This document shows positions 12,892 to 22,698 of a stretch of 64,000 nt of DNA, in pieces. Source of the DNA: Camelus ferus. Its lineage: Eukaryota. Where the stretch lies: assembly GCF_009834535.1 (NCBI RefSeq), contig NC_045697.1, forward strand, positions 17,238,001 to 17,302,000. The letters are read 5' to 3'. How positions within the stretch are numbered: position 1 is the first letter of the stretch; each line of letters begins with the position of its first letter. Both the position numbers and the translations under genes were made by a program. The notes below the pieces were generated by a model. It saw only the letters and a list, made by a program, of their open reading frames with translations. It did no database searches and was not told the origin of the DNA.

Positions 12892-12998
12892 TGGGACATT
12901 CCCTCTTGGAACCCAGCAGCCATACTGGAAGAAGCCCAAGCCACATGGAGAGACCACCTGCAGGAACTAAGGAGTCAACAGCCCCACCTGAGTTCCCA
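12892..12998 (+). mobile_element. isolated internal MLT1G-like fragment, near-copy of 10962-11068
   Basis: Ungapped manual alignment to 10962-11068 gives 93/107 identities. Confidence 0.75.
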
Positions 12999-13227
12999 GA
13001 ACTCAGAAGTTAATGCCACCATTGTGCATTTCTAAGAGGTACCCAGAAATGTTTTATTCAGAAAACCTATCTCCAGGCTCCTATTACTCAGAACGTCTCA
13101 AAAGGAAGAAGGGGAGCTGACTTCTAACTCTGGGGCAGGAAATTCCTGTTTACTTAATGCTTTACAACTAACTCATCGGACCACTGGACCACTATGAGTT
13201 AGACTGAGCAGATATCATTAACCTAAT

Positions 13228-14060
13228 TTTTTAAAATAGACTAGTTTTTAGAACTGTTTTAGGTTCACAGCAAAACTGAGCAGAAAGTATAGAGAGATCC
13301 TATATATTCCCTGTCCCCACCACACTCACACAGCCTCCCCTACTATCAACAGAGTGGAAGCTTTGTTACATTCGATGAACCTACACTGATATATCATAAC
13401 CACCCCAAATCCATAGCTTACATTAGGGTTCACTCTGGGTATTATATATTCCATGGGTTTTGATAAATGTACCAGGGCATGTATCTAACATTGTAATATC
13501 ATACAGAATAATTTCTCTGCCCTAAAAATCCTCTGTGCTCCACCTACTCATCCCTCCCTCTGTTCTAACCCCTCGCAACCACTATTCTTGTTACTGTCAC
13601 CATAGTTTTGCCTTTTCCAGAATGTCATATAGTTGGAATTATACAATATGTAGTCTTTTCATATTGGTTTCTTTCATATAGCAAAATGGATTTAATATTC
13701 CTCCATGTCTTTTCATGGCTTGATAGTTCCCCCTTTTTAGTACTAAATAATATTCCATTGTCTGGATATACCACAGTTAATTTATCCATTCACCTACTGA
13801 AGGACATCTTGGTCACTTCTAAGTTTTGGCCAATATAAATAAAGCGGTATCATTGTGTTCAGGTTTTTATGTGGCTATAAGGCTTTAAATCATTTGAGAA
13901 AATACCAAAGACCATGATTTGCTGGATTGTATGGTAAGAATATGTTAGTTTTGTAAGAAACTGCCAAACTATCTTCTTAAATGGCTGTACCATTTTGCAT
14001 TCTCAGCAGCAATGAACGAGAGTTCCTGTTGCCCCACATCCTCTCCAGCAGGTGGTATCG
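13228..14060 (-). mobile_element. L1MC-type 3' end (3' UTR plus end of ORF2)
   Basis: 'ttttaggttcacagcaaaactgagcagaaagtatagag...tacattagggttcactct...gccttttccagaatgtcatatagttggaat...gtaagaaactgccaaact...ggctgtaccattttgcattc'. Confidence 0.85.
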
Positions 14061-14167
14061 TTTAACCAGACTTTTTTTTTAATGTGGAAGCTGAGTCTAG
14101 ACTCCAAATGAAGTGACTGGAACCCAGAACAAGTACAATTATTGTGCTTTTCTCCAATTCATTAGGG

Positions 14168-14480
14168 CAGGAGTCTAAAAACCTCAGGGCTAAATCTCAC
14201 CCACTGTTACTTTCCAACCTGTGAGCTAAGAATGGTTTTCACATTTTCAAATAATTAGAGGGGAAAAAAAATCAAAAGGAGAATATCATGACCTGTGAAA
14301 ATCATATGGAATGATTTAATAAAGTTTTATTGGTACACAGCCACGCCTATTGTTTTCCCATCGTCTGAGGCTGCTTTTGGCCCCCTGCCAGCAAAGTCGA
14401 ATAGTTTCCAGAGAGTATGGCCTGCAGAGCGTAAAATATTTACTAGCTGGTTCTTTACAGAAAAACTTTGCCAACCCCTG
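14168..14480. mobile_element. MER58B-like hAT-Charlie MITE
   Basis: 'gtgagctaagaatggttttcacatttt...aataaagttttattggtacacagccac...aaaatatttactagctgg...tttgccaacccctg'. Confidence 0.8.
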
Positions 14481-14761
14481 CACAGAAGAATCAGACCAAT
14501 TACAAGTGTCGTCTCTATGAAGACAATCTTAGGCTCTGTGGTGGTTTTCTATCAACAAACAAAAATGTGTTCAAAAGTAGTTTCTAAATGCAGCTCTCCT
14601 CCCCACAGAATTCCTTCCTGCTTCTTCCAGACACCTTAGCACGGGATAGGCAGGGATGCTACAAGCAGAAAGGACTAGATTTTGACTGCCAACAGTAAAG
14701 TGCACTGTCTCTAAAATTTAGACACTTTTCCCCTTCAAGGGAGCAGCAACCTGCCTGGCTT

Positions 14762-14764
<3 letters not shown>

Positions 14765-14795
<31 letters not shown>
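14765..14795. repeat. poly(T)31
   Basis: Uninterrupted T run. Confidence 0.95.
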
Positions 14796-14797
<2 letters not shown>

Positions 14798-15379
14798 CTT
14801 AAGGTTTGTTTACACTCAGCAGGAGGAAAGGTAAGGAGATAAAAGCAATGCAGAATGAATAAAGGAAGACAAGGCTACAGCAAAACACAGAGAAGGCAAG
14901 ATTAGAGGAGGGAGCCCCAGGGAAGAAAGTTTACAAGTTGGCAACTGAGTGGATGGAAAGGGAGATTACACCTCGAACACAGTGGCCGGAAGGAAGAATC
15001 ACTGGAGACAAAACCGCCACAGGCAAAGGTTACTTCCAATGCACAAATCTCCCAATGTGTGGATCAAGTCGCTGAAATAATGAATTTAATTCTGAAGATT
15101 AGCATCTTTTGTCGGCTGGGAGCCCCACTGGTATTTCAGCTCAGACCTGCTGGGGGGTCAGTTAGAACAGGGGGCCACAGGGAGCGGAAAGACATTTTGC
15201 ATCCACATTTTCGTCTTTCCTCTGTTCACCTCCCAGCCCAAGGGGAAAGGAGAAAGAGCCCAGGGCCGGTGTCAGCATGAAAACACCCCTGACACTGCAG
15301 GCTCTGGAAAAGGCAGAAAAGTTGAGCTTTTTCTCTTTTTTTAATCTCCCAAAGTAATCTCATGAATAATAAAGAATGG

Positions 15380-15590
15380 CCAATTACTGAACTTTTTCTG
15401 TAAGCCAGGCCCCAAATTGAATCCTTTCCACATGTTAACTTCTTTAATCCTTATAGCAACCCTTTGAGCTAAGTAATATTATGGAGACTTTGAAGAGGTT
15501 TAGAGAGGTCAAATGACAGGGCTGGCAAGATGCTGGGGTTCGAACTCATGGTGATTTTATCGGCCTCCGAAGTCCACACTCTAAAACCAC
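15380..15590 (-). mobile_element. MIR
   Basis: 'tttaatccttatagcaaccctttgag...gaggtttagagaggtcaaatgac...gctggggttcgaactca'. Confidence 0.65.
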
Positions 15591-16063
15591 CACGAGGCTC
15601 CGTCTCCCACTAAGCGTCTGTTAAGAAAGTGACCAGAGGGCACTAAATTCACCAAATACACACCTAGTGAATCCAAACCGTGTCCCTTCTGGCAGTCAAA
15701 GGTACTTATTTCTACTAAATTATGGTAATTTTATTTGTAAACACATCTTTGAAACGATGCATCTTACAAAGAGATTTCATTGTACAACATTTGTCTCACT
15801 GACTCCTGCCCAAAAGCTTGAGTAGGACCAGAGGGGAACCCTGAGCACCTTTAAGCAGTATCTCTCCTCCCCTTCTCTCTTCTCTCCCAGATCAGTAGCA
15901 GACTTCATGCCTAGACACCTGACAGATAGGATAAACTTTAATTTGGGTCACTGTACCTCTGGGTTTGCCCAAGACAGGTTTGGTTTAAGCCAGTGGTCCC
16001 TCTTTCACTCTCCAGAGTCGCCATGTGGATTGTCAATTATATAGTCACCCTTGCCAGAGTGAT

Positions 16064-16239
16064 CAGTGATTCTCAGCCTCAGCTCTGCAACTGGATCACC
16101 TGGGATTATTTTTAAATACTGAGTCCTGACCCTAACCATGGAGATTCTGATTTAATTCGTTTGCAGTGAGGCCCAAGCATAGGCACTTTTTTAAAGCCCT
16201 CATGTATTTCAAATATGCACCTGCAGCTAAAAAGCACTC
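16064..16239. mobile_element. MER5A-like hAT-Charlie MITE
   Basis: 'cagtgattctcagcct...atcacctggga...aaatactga...gagattctgatttaatt...ttttaaagccctc...aaaagcact'. Confidence 0.7.
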
Positions 16240-16249
16240 CATCAGCTTT

Positions 16250-16592
16250 AAGCCAAAGTTGTTGGGTGTAACTTCCGGAAAAATTCTTTTAAGCTATTTA
16301 AAGGGAGCTTACTCAGCTAGGAGGACGTGGCCTTGGGCCCTTCCTTCTTCTTGCTGGGAATGTTGACATGACAGCTGGAGCTCAAGCAGTCATTTTGGTC
16401 TGTGAGGCTACCTTGAAGTAGAAAACCACACACCAACAGGGAAAACAGAGTAGAATCTGGGGTCAATGACAGCTGTAGCATGGTGGACTATCGATATAAA
16501 CTTTATCTACAAGGAAGAAAAATAAATTTGTTTTTCAAGCTACCATATCAAATGTCTGTTACCTACAGCTAAATGCAATTCTTAAGCAATAT
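16250..16592 (+). mobile_element. MLT1J/K-like MaLR LTR
   Basis: 'cttccttcttcttgctgggaatg...gctggagctcaagcagtcattttg...aaaaataaa...tctgttacctacagctaaatgcaattcttaa'. Confidence 0.65.
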
Positions 16593-16977
16593 AATAGGCA
16601 TCATAATGTTACAAATGAGAAAAGTTGCCCAGAGTCACACAGTTTATAAGCAACAGAAGTCAAATGTTCTTACTCCAGTCCTATGATCTTTGTGCTAGAG
16701 GGAATGGGGCAGAAAATATTTCAGGCACAGAGAAAAAAGGTTCTCACTTACAAAAGTGTATCTTTCCATACAACTCTACTGAAATTCTGACCGGCTATAA
16801 TTCAGTCTCATTCATATGTGTTGTCAGAACATTGAACAAGAAGATTTGATAAGCAGCAGCTATTATGAGTACATATAAAATTTGTTTTGCTTTAAGAACA
16901 GTGAGCCTTTAAAATCTGCTTTACACTGTGGTTATATTTCTGATAAATTTATGTAAAATTTATTAAATCCCAAGTTC

Positions 16978-18390
16978 TTTTATTTACTCAACAAATGCCT
17001 TCTGAGAGCCTAATACGGGGGTGATACTTATTTTATAGGAAAAGGGTTTGAGAAAGGGCTTACAGGGATTTAAGATATATGTTCCTACCCATAAGGAGCT
17101 GAAAATCTCAGTGGGACTTAACATGCAAGCAAGATGCTTTAAGACTGTCCACAAAGAGTTGTGGTTAACCAAAGAAGGACAAGATCACCTTTGGCTTAAG
17201 CAATCAGGGAAGGTTTCATGGAAGAGGTGGCATTCATGTTTTAAGCTCTCAAAAGGCCAACGGGAGTTCGAGATTTGCAGAAATTAACTACTATATATAA
17301 AACAGATGAACAACAAGTTTCTACTGTATAGCACAGGGAACTATATTCAATATCTTGTAGTAACCTATAATAAAAAAAGACTATAAAAAGGAAAAAAATT
17401 ATATGTGAAATGATGGATATAATTAAACTTATGTGGTAACCATTTTGCAACATATACATACATCAAATCACTATGCTGTATACCTTATATATATGTGACA
17501 TGTATATAACAAATACAATGTCATATGCCAATTTTATCACAGTAAAACAGGAAAAAAAAATTTTTATAAAGGCCAATGGGGAACTCACCTGATCAAGGCT
17601 CAGAGCCAGGTATAAGCTGTGTATGTTAACAAGAGGTCTATTTGGACTGAAACTCAATGTCTACGCTAGAGAAAGAGGGTAGGTGAGGCTAGGAAGGTAG
17701 TTTAGGGTCAAATTACAAAAAGTCTTGAAGGCCAGGTTAATAATCTTGGAATCTGTTCAGTAGAGAATGTGGGTCAGAGCAGGGACCTCGGTAGATTAAT
17801 TCACCAAGCTCAGGCAAGAGGAACTGGCCAGGGAGAGAAGAGAGGCAGTGGGACAAAGGGAGAGGCTGCGGCCACAGTCCGGGCAGGAGACAATGAGCGT
17901 CTGAATTAGGGCAGAGGTAGCAGGAATGCAGAGGGAGGCCAAATGCTAGAAACAGAACTGCCTGGGCTCGGCAAGATGTGGGAAATTAGATAAAGGCAGG
18001 GAGGAATCGGGTGGTCAAGGTTCCAGCCTGAGGAAGCGAGTGGCTCTCCTTAACAGTGCTGGTTCCAGGAACCCTAAGTGCTAACCGTCGGTGGGAAGCA
18101 CAGAACCTGCCTGTCACAGAGACATCACAGGTGGAGTTTCAAAAGGGGGAGGGGGAGGGCAGGGGGGAGGTGGGATTTGTCTGGAAGTGGTAGATGAAGC
18201 TATTAAAACAGGGAAATAGTAGGGAGAAAAGAAATGTGAAGATGCAAACTCGAGTAATATCGACAATGGGTAGAAGACGGAGGAAGGAGGTAGGGAGGAG
18301 ATCAGAGAATGAAAGAAACTAAGGAAATATACAACGTCATAGAAGAAAAAGAAGAAAGGATTTAAAGAAAGAATCCTACTAATAGTGTTA
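16978..18390 (-). mobile_element. L2 remnant, split by a young L1 insertion
   Basis: Starts with the reverse L2 tail 'tttactcaacaaatg...ctgagagcctaat', then purine-rich L2-like 'atcagggaaggtttcatggaagaggtggcatt...gtcttgaaggccaggttaa'. Confidence 0.6.
17265..17567 (+). mobile_element. 5'-truncated L1 insertion with composite 3' end
   Basis: Young L1 3' UTR ('gagttcgagatttgcag...gcacagggaactatattcaatatcttgtagtaacctataat') joined near 17398 to an L1MA/MB-like tail. TSD aaaggccaaYggg (17252-17264, 17568-17580). Confidence 0.85.
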
Positions 18391-18679
18391 AAACAGTAAA
18401 ATAACTTGATCTGTCTTCAGTTTGACTTTCTTTTTCCGGGGGGTGACTTAGCTCTGCTGCTGGATGGCCCCAACACAGTCCACAAATTCCTCTCTTTCTG
18501 TAGAAGTGAGTAGCCACAGCCATCAGACAAGGTCAGTGGCCTCCACTGACGTAACAGGAAAAGAGCTCATTTGGGACCTAACAGCCCTGAAATCTGGTCC
18601 AAGTTCTGCCTCTCGGATAAATTACATAACCTCTCAGGGTCTCCGTAGATTCATCTACAAAATGATGGGTCAGGATCAA

Positions 18680-18885
18680 TTGCACAAAGATATATCATCA
18701 AGGGTGTTCATTGTAGTATTGTTTTATTATAGTAAAATTCTGGAAACAACCCAAAGGTCCAACAATAAGGGACTGGTTAAATAAATTATGGTCTGTTCAT
18801 CTAGCAGATCACTTTGTAGCCATTAAAAGTTATGATATAGAAATAATGTATTGACACATAAAGATGTCTACAGTATATTAAACAA
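18680..18885 (+). mobile_element. L1ME-type ORF2-end fragment
   Basis: 'tgttcattgtagtattgttt...tggaaacaacccaaaggtccaacaataagggactggttaaataaattatggt...gccattaaaa'. Confidence 0.7.
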
Positions 18886-18959
18886 TGCAATGGGAAGTGA
18901 GCTGGACATTCTCTCCAACTTTACGCTCCATTATCAAGCGATCCCCTAAGCACCAAGAC

Positions 18960-19180
18960 ACAGTGCTGGAGCCCAACAGACCTAATTCTAATTAGAGCTC
19001 TTAAAAGCGTTAGAACTGAGGCTAGGTACTTAATCTATCCACACCACCATTTCTTTATGTTGCCAAAGAAGGGTGATAATATCCATTTCAAAAACCCATT
19101 CTAAAAATTAAACAATTATACAAAGGCGTCTGACACAAGACCTGGCACTTACTAGCTCAGTAAACATAGCTATTATCATT
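18960..19180 (+). mobile_element. MIR
   Basis: 'ctggagcccaacagacct...ggtacttaatct...cctggcactt...ctcagtaaacatagctattatcatt'. Confidence 0.55.
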
Positions 19181-19244
19181 TCATTATGAATCCCAACATT
19201 TGCTGCTTTAATTGCCAATATACCCTGAGCAAATTTTTCTTCAA

Positions 19245-19484
19245 GTCGTTCGATAGCAAATTTTATTTCACCAGGCACTTTTAACAATTCTGATCAATAC
19301 CACATCTTTTGCTATTTAAGAAATAGTTTTGCCAATTCTTTCTTTTGCCAGAATTCTTATATTTAGAGAGCAACTTGGGTTGTGTTATTCACTTTTCACT
19401 CTTTGACACTCCTACTAGACTCTTCCTCGGTTTCTTTCTTCTCTGGGGTAATAGTGGGGTGTCGAGATTTCAAATACTTGGCTT
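19245..19484 (-). other. candidate terminal exon (3' end approximate)
   Basis: Acceptor ttttttttgtttttccttttccaacag|aagcc at 19485/19484, TGA at 19398-19396, AATAAA at 19267-19262 on the minus strand. Prediction only. Confidence 0.3.
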
Positions 19485-19614
19485 CTGTTGGAAAAGGAAA
19501 AACAAAAAAAAATATATTCTTTTGGACAATGATTTCTTTTCCCTAGTGGTTAAAAACAGAGAGAAAAGAGCTAAAAGAGGAGGCTGGTATAAAAAGAGAT
19601 GCTGTGAGACTTAC

Positions 19615-19666
19615 CATTGTCCAGAAGTTGGGTCGTCTCTACTAAGGGAACACTTTCCACAGCCCC
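19615..19666 (-). other. candidate 52-nt internal exon
   Basis: Acceptor cccttttctttggtgtttatctgctctag|gggg and donor aatg|gtaagt; frame 0 open (GAVESVPLVETTQLLDN). Prediction only. Confidence 0.35.
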
Positions 19667-20066
19667 CTAGAGCAGATAAACACCAAAGAAAAGGGCATTC
19701 CTCGTCACTCAGAGGCCATCGGTCAGGAACCATCTGTACTCAGTGCAACGGACCATCCTGCTTAGAAACCATGGAAGTGTGATATTTCCCTCCACTTCCT
19801 ACTCCCCAACACCAATCTCTAACAAATCTTCAACTGCATACATACGGGTGTATGTGTTACATACAGCACAAACACAGGAAACAATGCATCCTAATCAAAA
19901 AATCCTCTCCCATTTCAGCAGCATCCTAGATACACAAAGGATGCAGGAGAATCCAAAGAGCCCTATTCCAGAGAAGCCAAGGCTATTCTCTCCCAGTTCC
20001 AGCCTCGGAGAACTTCCTTAATGCCACAGCCAAACTATGTAACTGTGACCACACTTCCTTGTGGCT

Positions 20067-20086
20067 GCAGCGCCACCTAGTGGCCA
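20067..20086 (-). promoter_or_regulatory. CTCF binding motif
   Basis: Minus strand TGGCCACTAGGTGGCGCTGC is an exact match to the core consensus CCASYAGRKGGCRS, in unique sequence. Confidence 0.7.
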
Positions 20087-21012
20087 GGTGAGCCAGGCGT
20101 GCACTCATTCTCATCAGTGTGAAAAAGCAACTTCCGTCTTTTTCAAAGAGAAACAAAAGTGGCTGCTACACATGATGGCTAAAATTAGGAATCACCAGGG
20201 TTCTATCGTACTCATTATTTCCTGATTATAATCACATCCAAATCACTGGGAAGAGACAAGAGAAGGGCAGAAAAGTCCTGCTAGCATTAGATTTTCATGT
20301 CCAAATGCATCCTCATACAAACTCACAAACTTGCACCAATATTTAGTCTAAATCCAGGCATCTTTGTGGCCTTTAAAGCCTTCAAGGCCTGCAATTATAT
20401 ACATAAAAATCTTTTTCAAACAAAAAGGAAGATGAAAAATAGGTCTCTAAAGACCTGTAATGAGATTCCTCTTTTCTCTTTTCCACAAATGACTCTGTTG
20501 CCTGCTGACAATTCTGATGCCATCAGGACCTGACAACTGAATTGCAACTTTATCCTGCATAGAATGACCAAAAACACGCCTGCACATTGTAAAGATGGCA
20601 GTTTAACTAATAAAATTTGTTTGGGTCTTAACCTGGGGGTATGCAACCTAATTCAGTTCATTTTTAAACCCAAATTATTCTGGTTAATAGTCTGGTGGAG
20701 TTCAGAACAGAATGTGTGTGGTGCCGCTAAATATTCCATATTAAAAATAGTTTTTGATGGGATATGCTTTTTTTAATTAAAAGTTTAATTGTACATTAAC
20801 ATTTTTAGATGAAAAACTGACAATCTGAGGACAGTTCTAAATTCTCCTTTGATTATTCTTCCCGAGCATCGAAGACATGACAGAGCTACATATATAAGCT
20901 AACAGTAAAGTTCTCCAAAAGATTATTTTCTGTCCTATCACCAATGCTCCTCTTTATAACCCGCCAGTGGTTTTCTGGTGCAGAAATAGATCATGTAAAA
21001 ACTGCTGGCTGG

Positions 21013-21396
21013 CATTTGCAGCAACATGGATGAACCTGGAGATTGTCATTCTAAATGAAGTAAGCCAGAAAAAGAAAGAAAAATGCCATACAATAGCACT
21101 TTACATGTGGAATCTTAAAAAAAAAAAAAAAGACACAAATGAACTTATCTACAAAACAGAAATAGACTCCCAAACATACAGAACATGCTTATGGTTACCA
21201 GTGGGTAAAGGGAGTGGGAAAGGATAAATTAGGAATTCAAAAATTGCACCTCTTGGGGAGTGATGGAAATGTTAGCTATGTTGACTGTGGTAGTGGTTTC
21301 ATTGGTGTAGACACCTACCAAAATTCATCAAATTGTACATTTGAAATATGTGTAGTTTACTGTACAGGAACCATACCACAATAAATGTATTTTTAG
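21013..21396 (+). mobile_element. chimeric L1 insertion (young ORF2 end/3' UTR plus old L1M-type tail)
   Basis: Encodes the L1 ORF2 C-terminal-like FAATWMNLEIVILNEVSQ; switches near 21248 to 'ggggagtgatggaaatgtt...aaattcatcaaattgtaca...caataaa'. 16-bp TSD aaaaacYgctggctgg (20997-21012, 21397-21412). Confidence 0.85.
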
Positions 21397-21622
21397 AAAA
21401 ACCGCTGGCTGGGACTCCAAGTCACAAGAACTTGCTTTAATTTCTGGCCCACACCTCCTGGTCAGGCCAACTTACTCACTTGTCCCCTGCTGAGACCTAC
21501 TGCAGACCAAAATCTAAGCAGGACACGGTACTGCTCTCCTGCATCCTTTCTGCACCAACCAGCATCCCCTCTACCCCACCACTCACATGGCCTTGTACTG
21601 GCCCCTTGCTGTTGGACCAGGA

Positions 21623-21642
21623 TAGGGTTGCCAGACTTAGCA

Positions 21643-21675
<33 letters not shown>

Positions 21676-21830
21676 GGTGAGACACCCAGTTAAATTTGAA
21701 TTTCAGATAAACAACAAATAAATTTTAGCATCAATATGTCCCCAATATTGCATAGGACATACTTATACTAAAAAAGTTGTGTTGTTTACCTTAAGGTCAA
21801 ATTTAATGGGTGTTCTGTATTTGATCCAAA
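21623..21830. mobile_element. MER53-like hAT MITE
   Basis: 'tagggttgccagacttagca...acacccagttaaatttgaatttcagataaacaac...tatgtcccaatattgcataggacatacttatactaaaa'. Confidence 0.75.
21646..21674. repeat. (CA)n microsatellite
   Basis: About 14 units, inside MER53. Confidence 0.95.
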
Positions 21831-22152
21831 AGCCGCAGCTTAGAAGCCCTCTTGGGGTGTCACATGGTGACTTGGTCTTCAATACAACCATCTTTTTCCC
21901 AGCTGCCCCTCAGCCACTGCCTCCACAATGAAGCCCACCTGTGTACATCCTTTTAAGACACCTAAGTGAACAGTCATCAAATCAGAGAGACTAATGTTAA
22001 GCTGTCTTACTTGTTACTGACAACAGCCTTAGTCAATAGTGCCCAAAACTTGGTGTGCACACAATTAGTAGGACATGACTGAATTCTTTTGTTATTGTTT
22101 CATTTTCCTTGTACTTATTTTTTGGTGGTCCCTTATTAATAACACATACTGA

Positions 22153-22296
22153 GAGGGGAGGGTAGAGCTCAGCGGCAGAGCACATGCTTAGCATGCACAA
22201 GGTCCTGGGTTCAAAGCCCAGTACCTCCATTAAAATAAACAAACAAACAAACAAACAAACCTAATTACCTCCCTCTCCCAAAAAAACCCCAAAAAA
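22153..22296 (+). mobile_element. camelid tRNA-Ala-derived SINE (long-tail form)
   Basis: ggggagggtagagctcagcggcagagcacatgcttagcatgcacaaggtcctgggttcaa...cctcca, then (AAAC)n, cctaattacctccc and an A tail. Degenerate TSD aaYacatRct. Confidence 0.92.
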
Positions 22297-22489
22297 TACA
22301 TGCTACTGCTTTCCCATTTATGGTAGTGATATACAGTTCCTTTAAAAATTAGGTGTTTTGGGTTTTTTTTTTTAAGGTAAATCAATATAAGGAAGAAAAG
22401 TAAATAAACAATAGTGCAGTTGCTACTCAGATTAAGCAACATCATGACAGTGGCACCAAAAGGACTGACATTTGGGAAACAATGACATA

Positions 22490-22698
22490 AAGGCCACAGG
22501 CCAAATTTGGCCCACTGCTCATTTTTATAAATAAAGTTTTATTGGGACACAGTTGCCACCATTCAATTATGTATTGCCTATAGCTGCTTTCATACAACAA
22601 CAGCAGAGTTGAGGAGCTGCAAAAGAGACCAGATGACTCACAAGGCTTAAAATATTTATTCTCTGGCCCTTTCTCCAAAAAAAGTTTACTGACCCTTG
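22490..22698. mobile_element. MER58A-like hAT-Charlie MITE
   Basis: 'ggccaaatttggcccactg...aataaagttttattgggacacag...aaaatatttattctctggccc...aaaagtttactgaccc'. Confidence 0.75.

Noticed and set aside
14804..14830. 27-nt + strand microexon (T31-gccttaag|...gaaag|gtaagg)
   Set aside because: The acceptor is the weak AAG type and depends on a poly(T) run, it is antisense to the inferred host gene, and no partner exons were seen.
20967..21227. 86-aa ORF with protein-like sequence
   Set aside because: It is the C-terminus of L1 ORF2 read into the 3' UTR of a truncated insertion.
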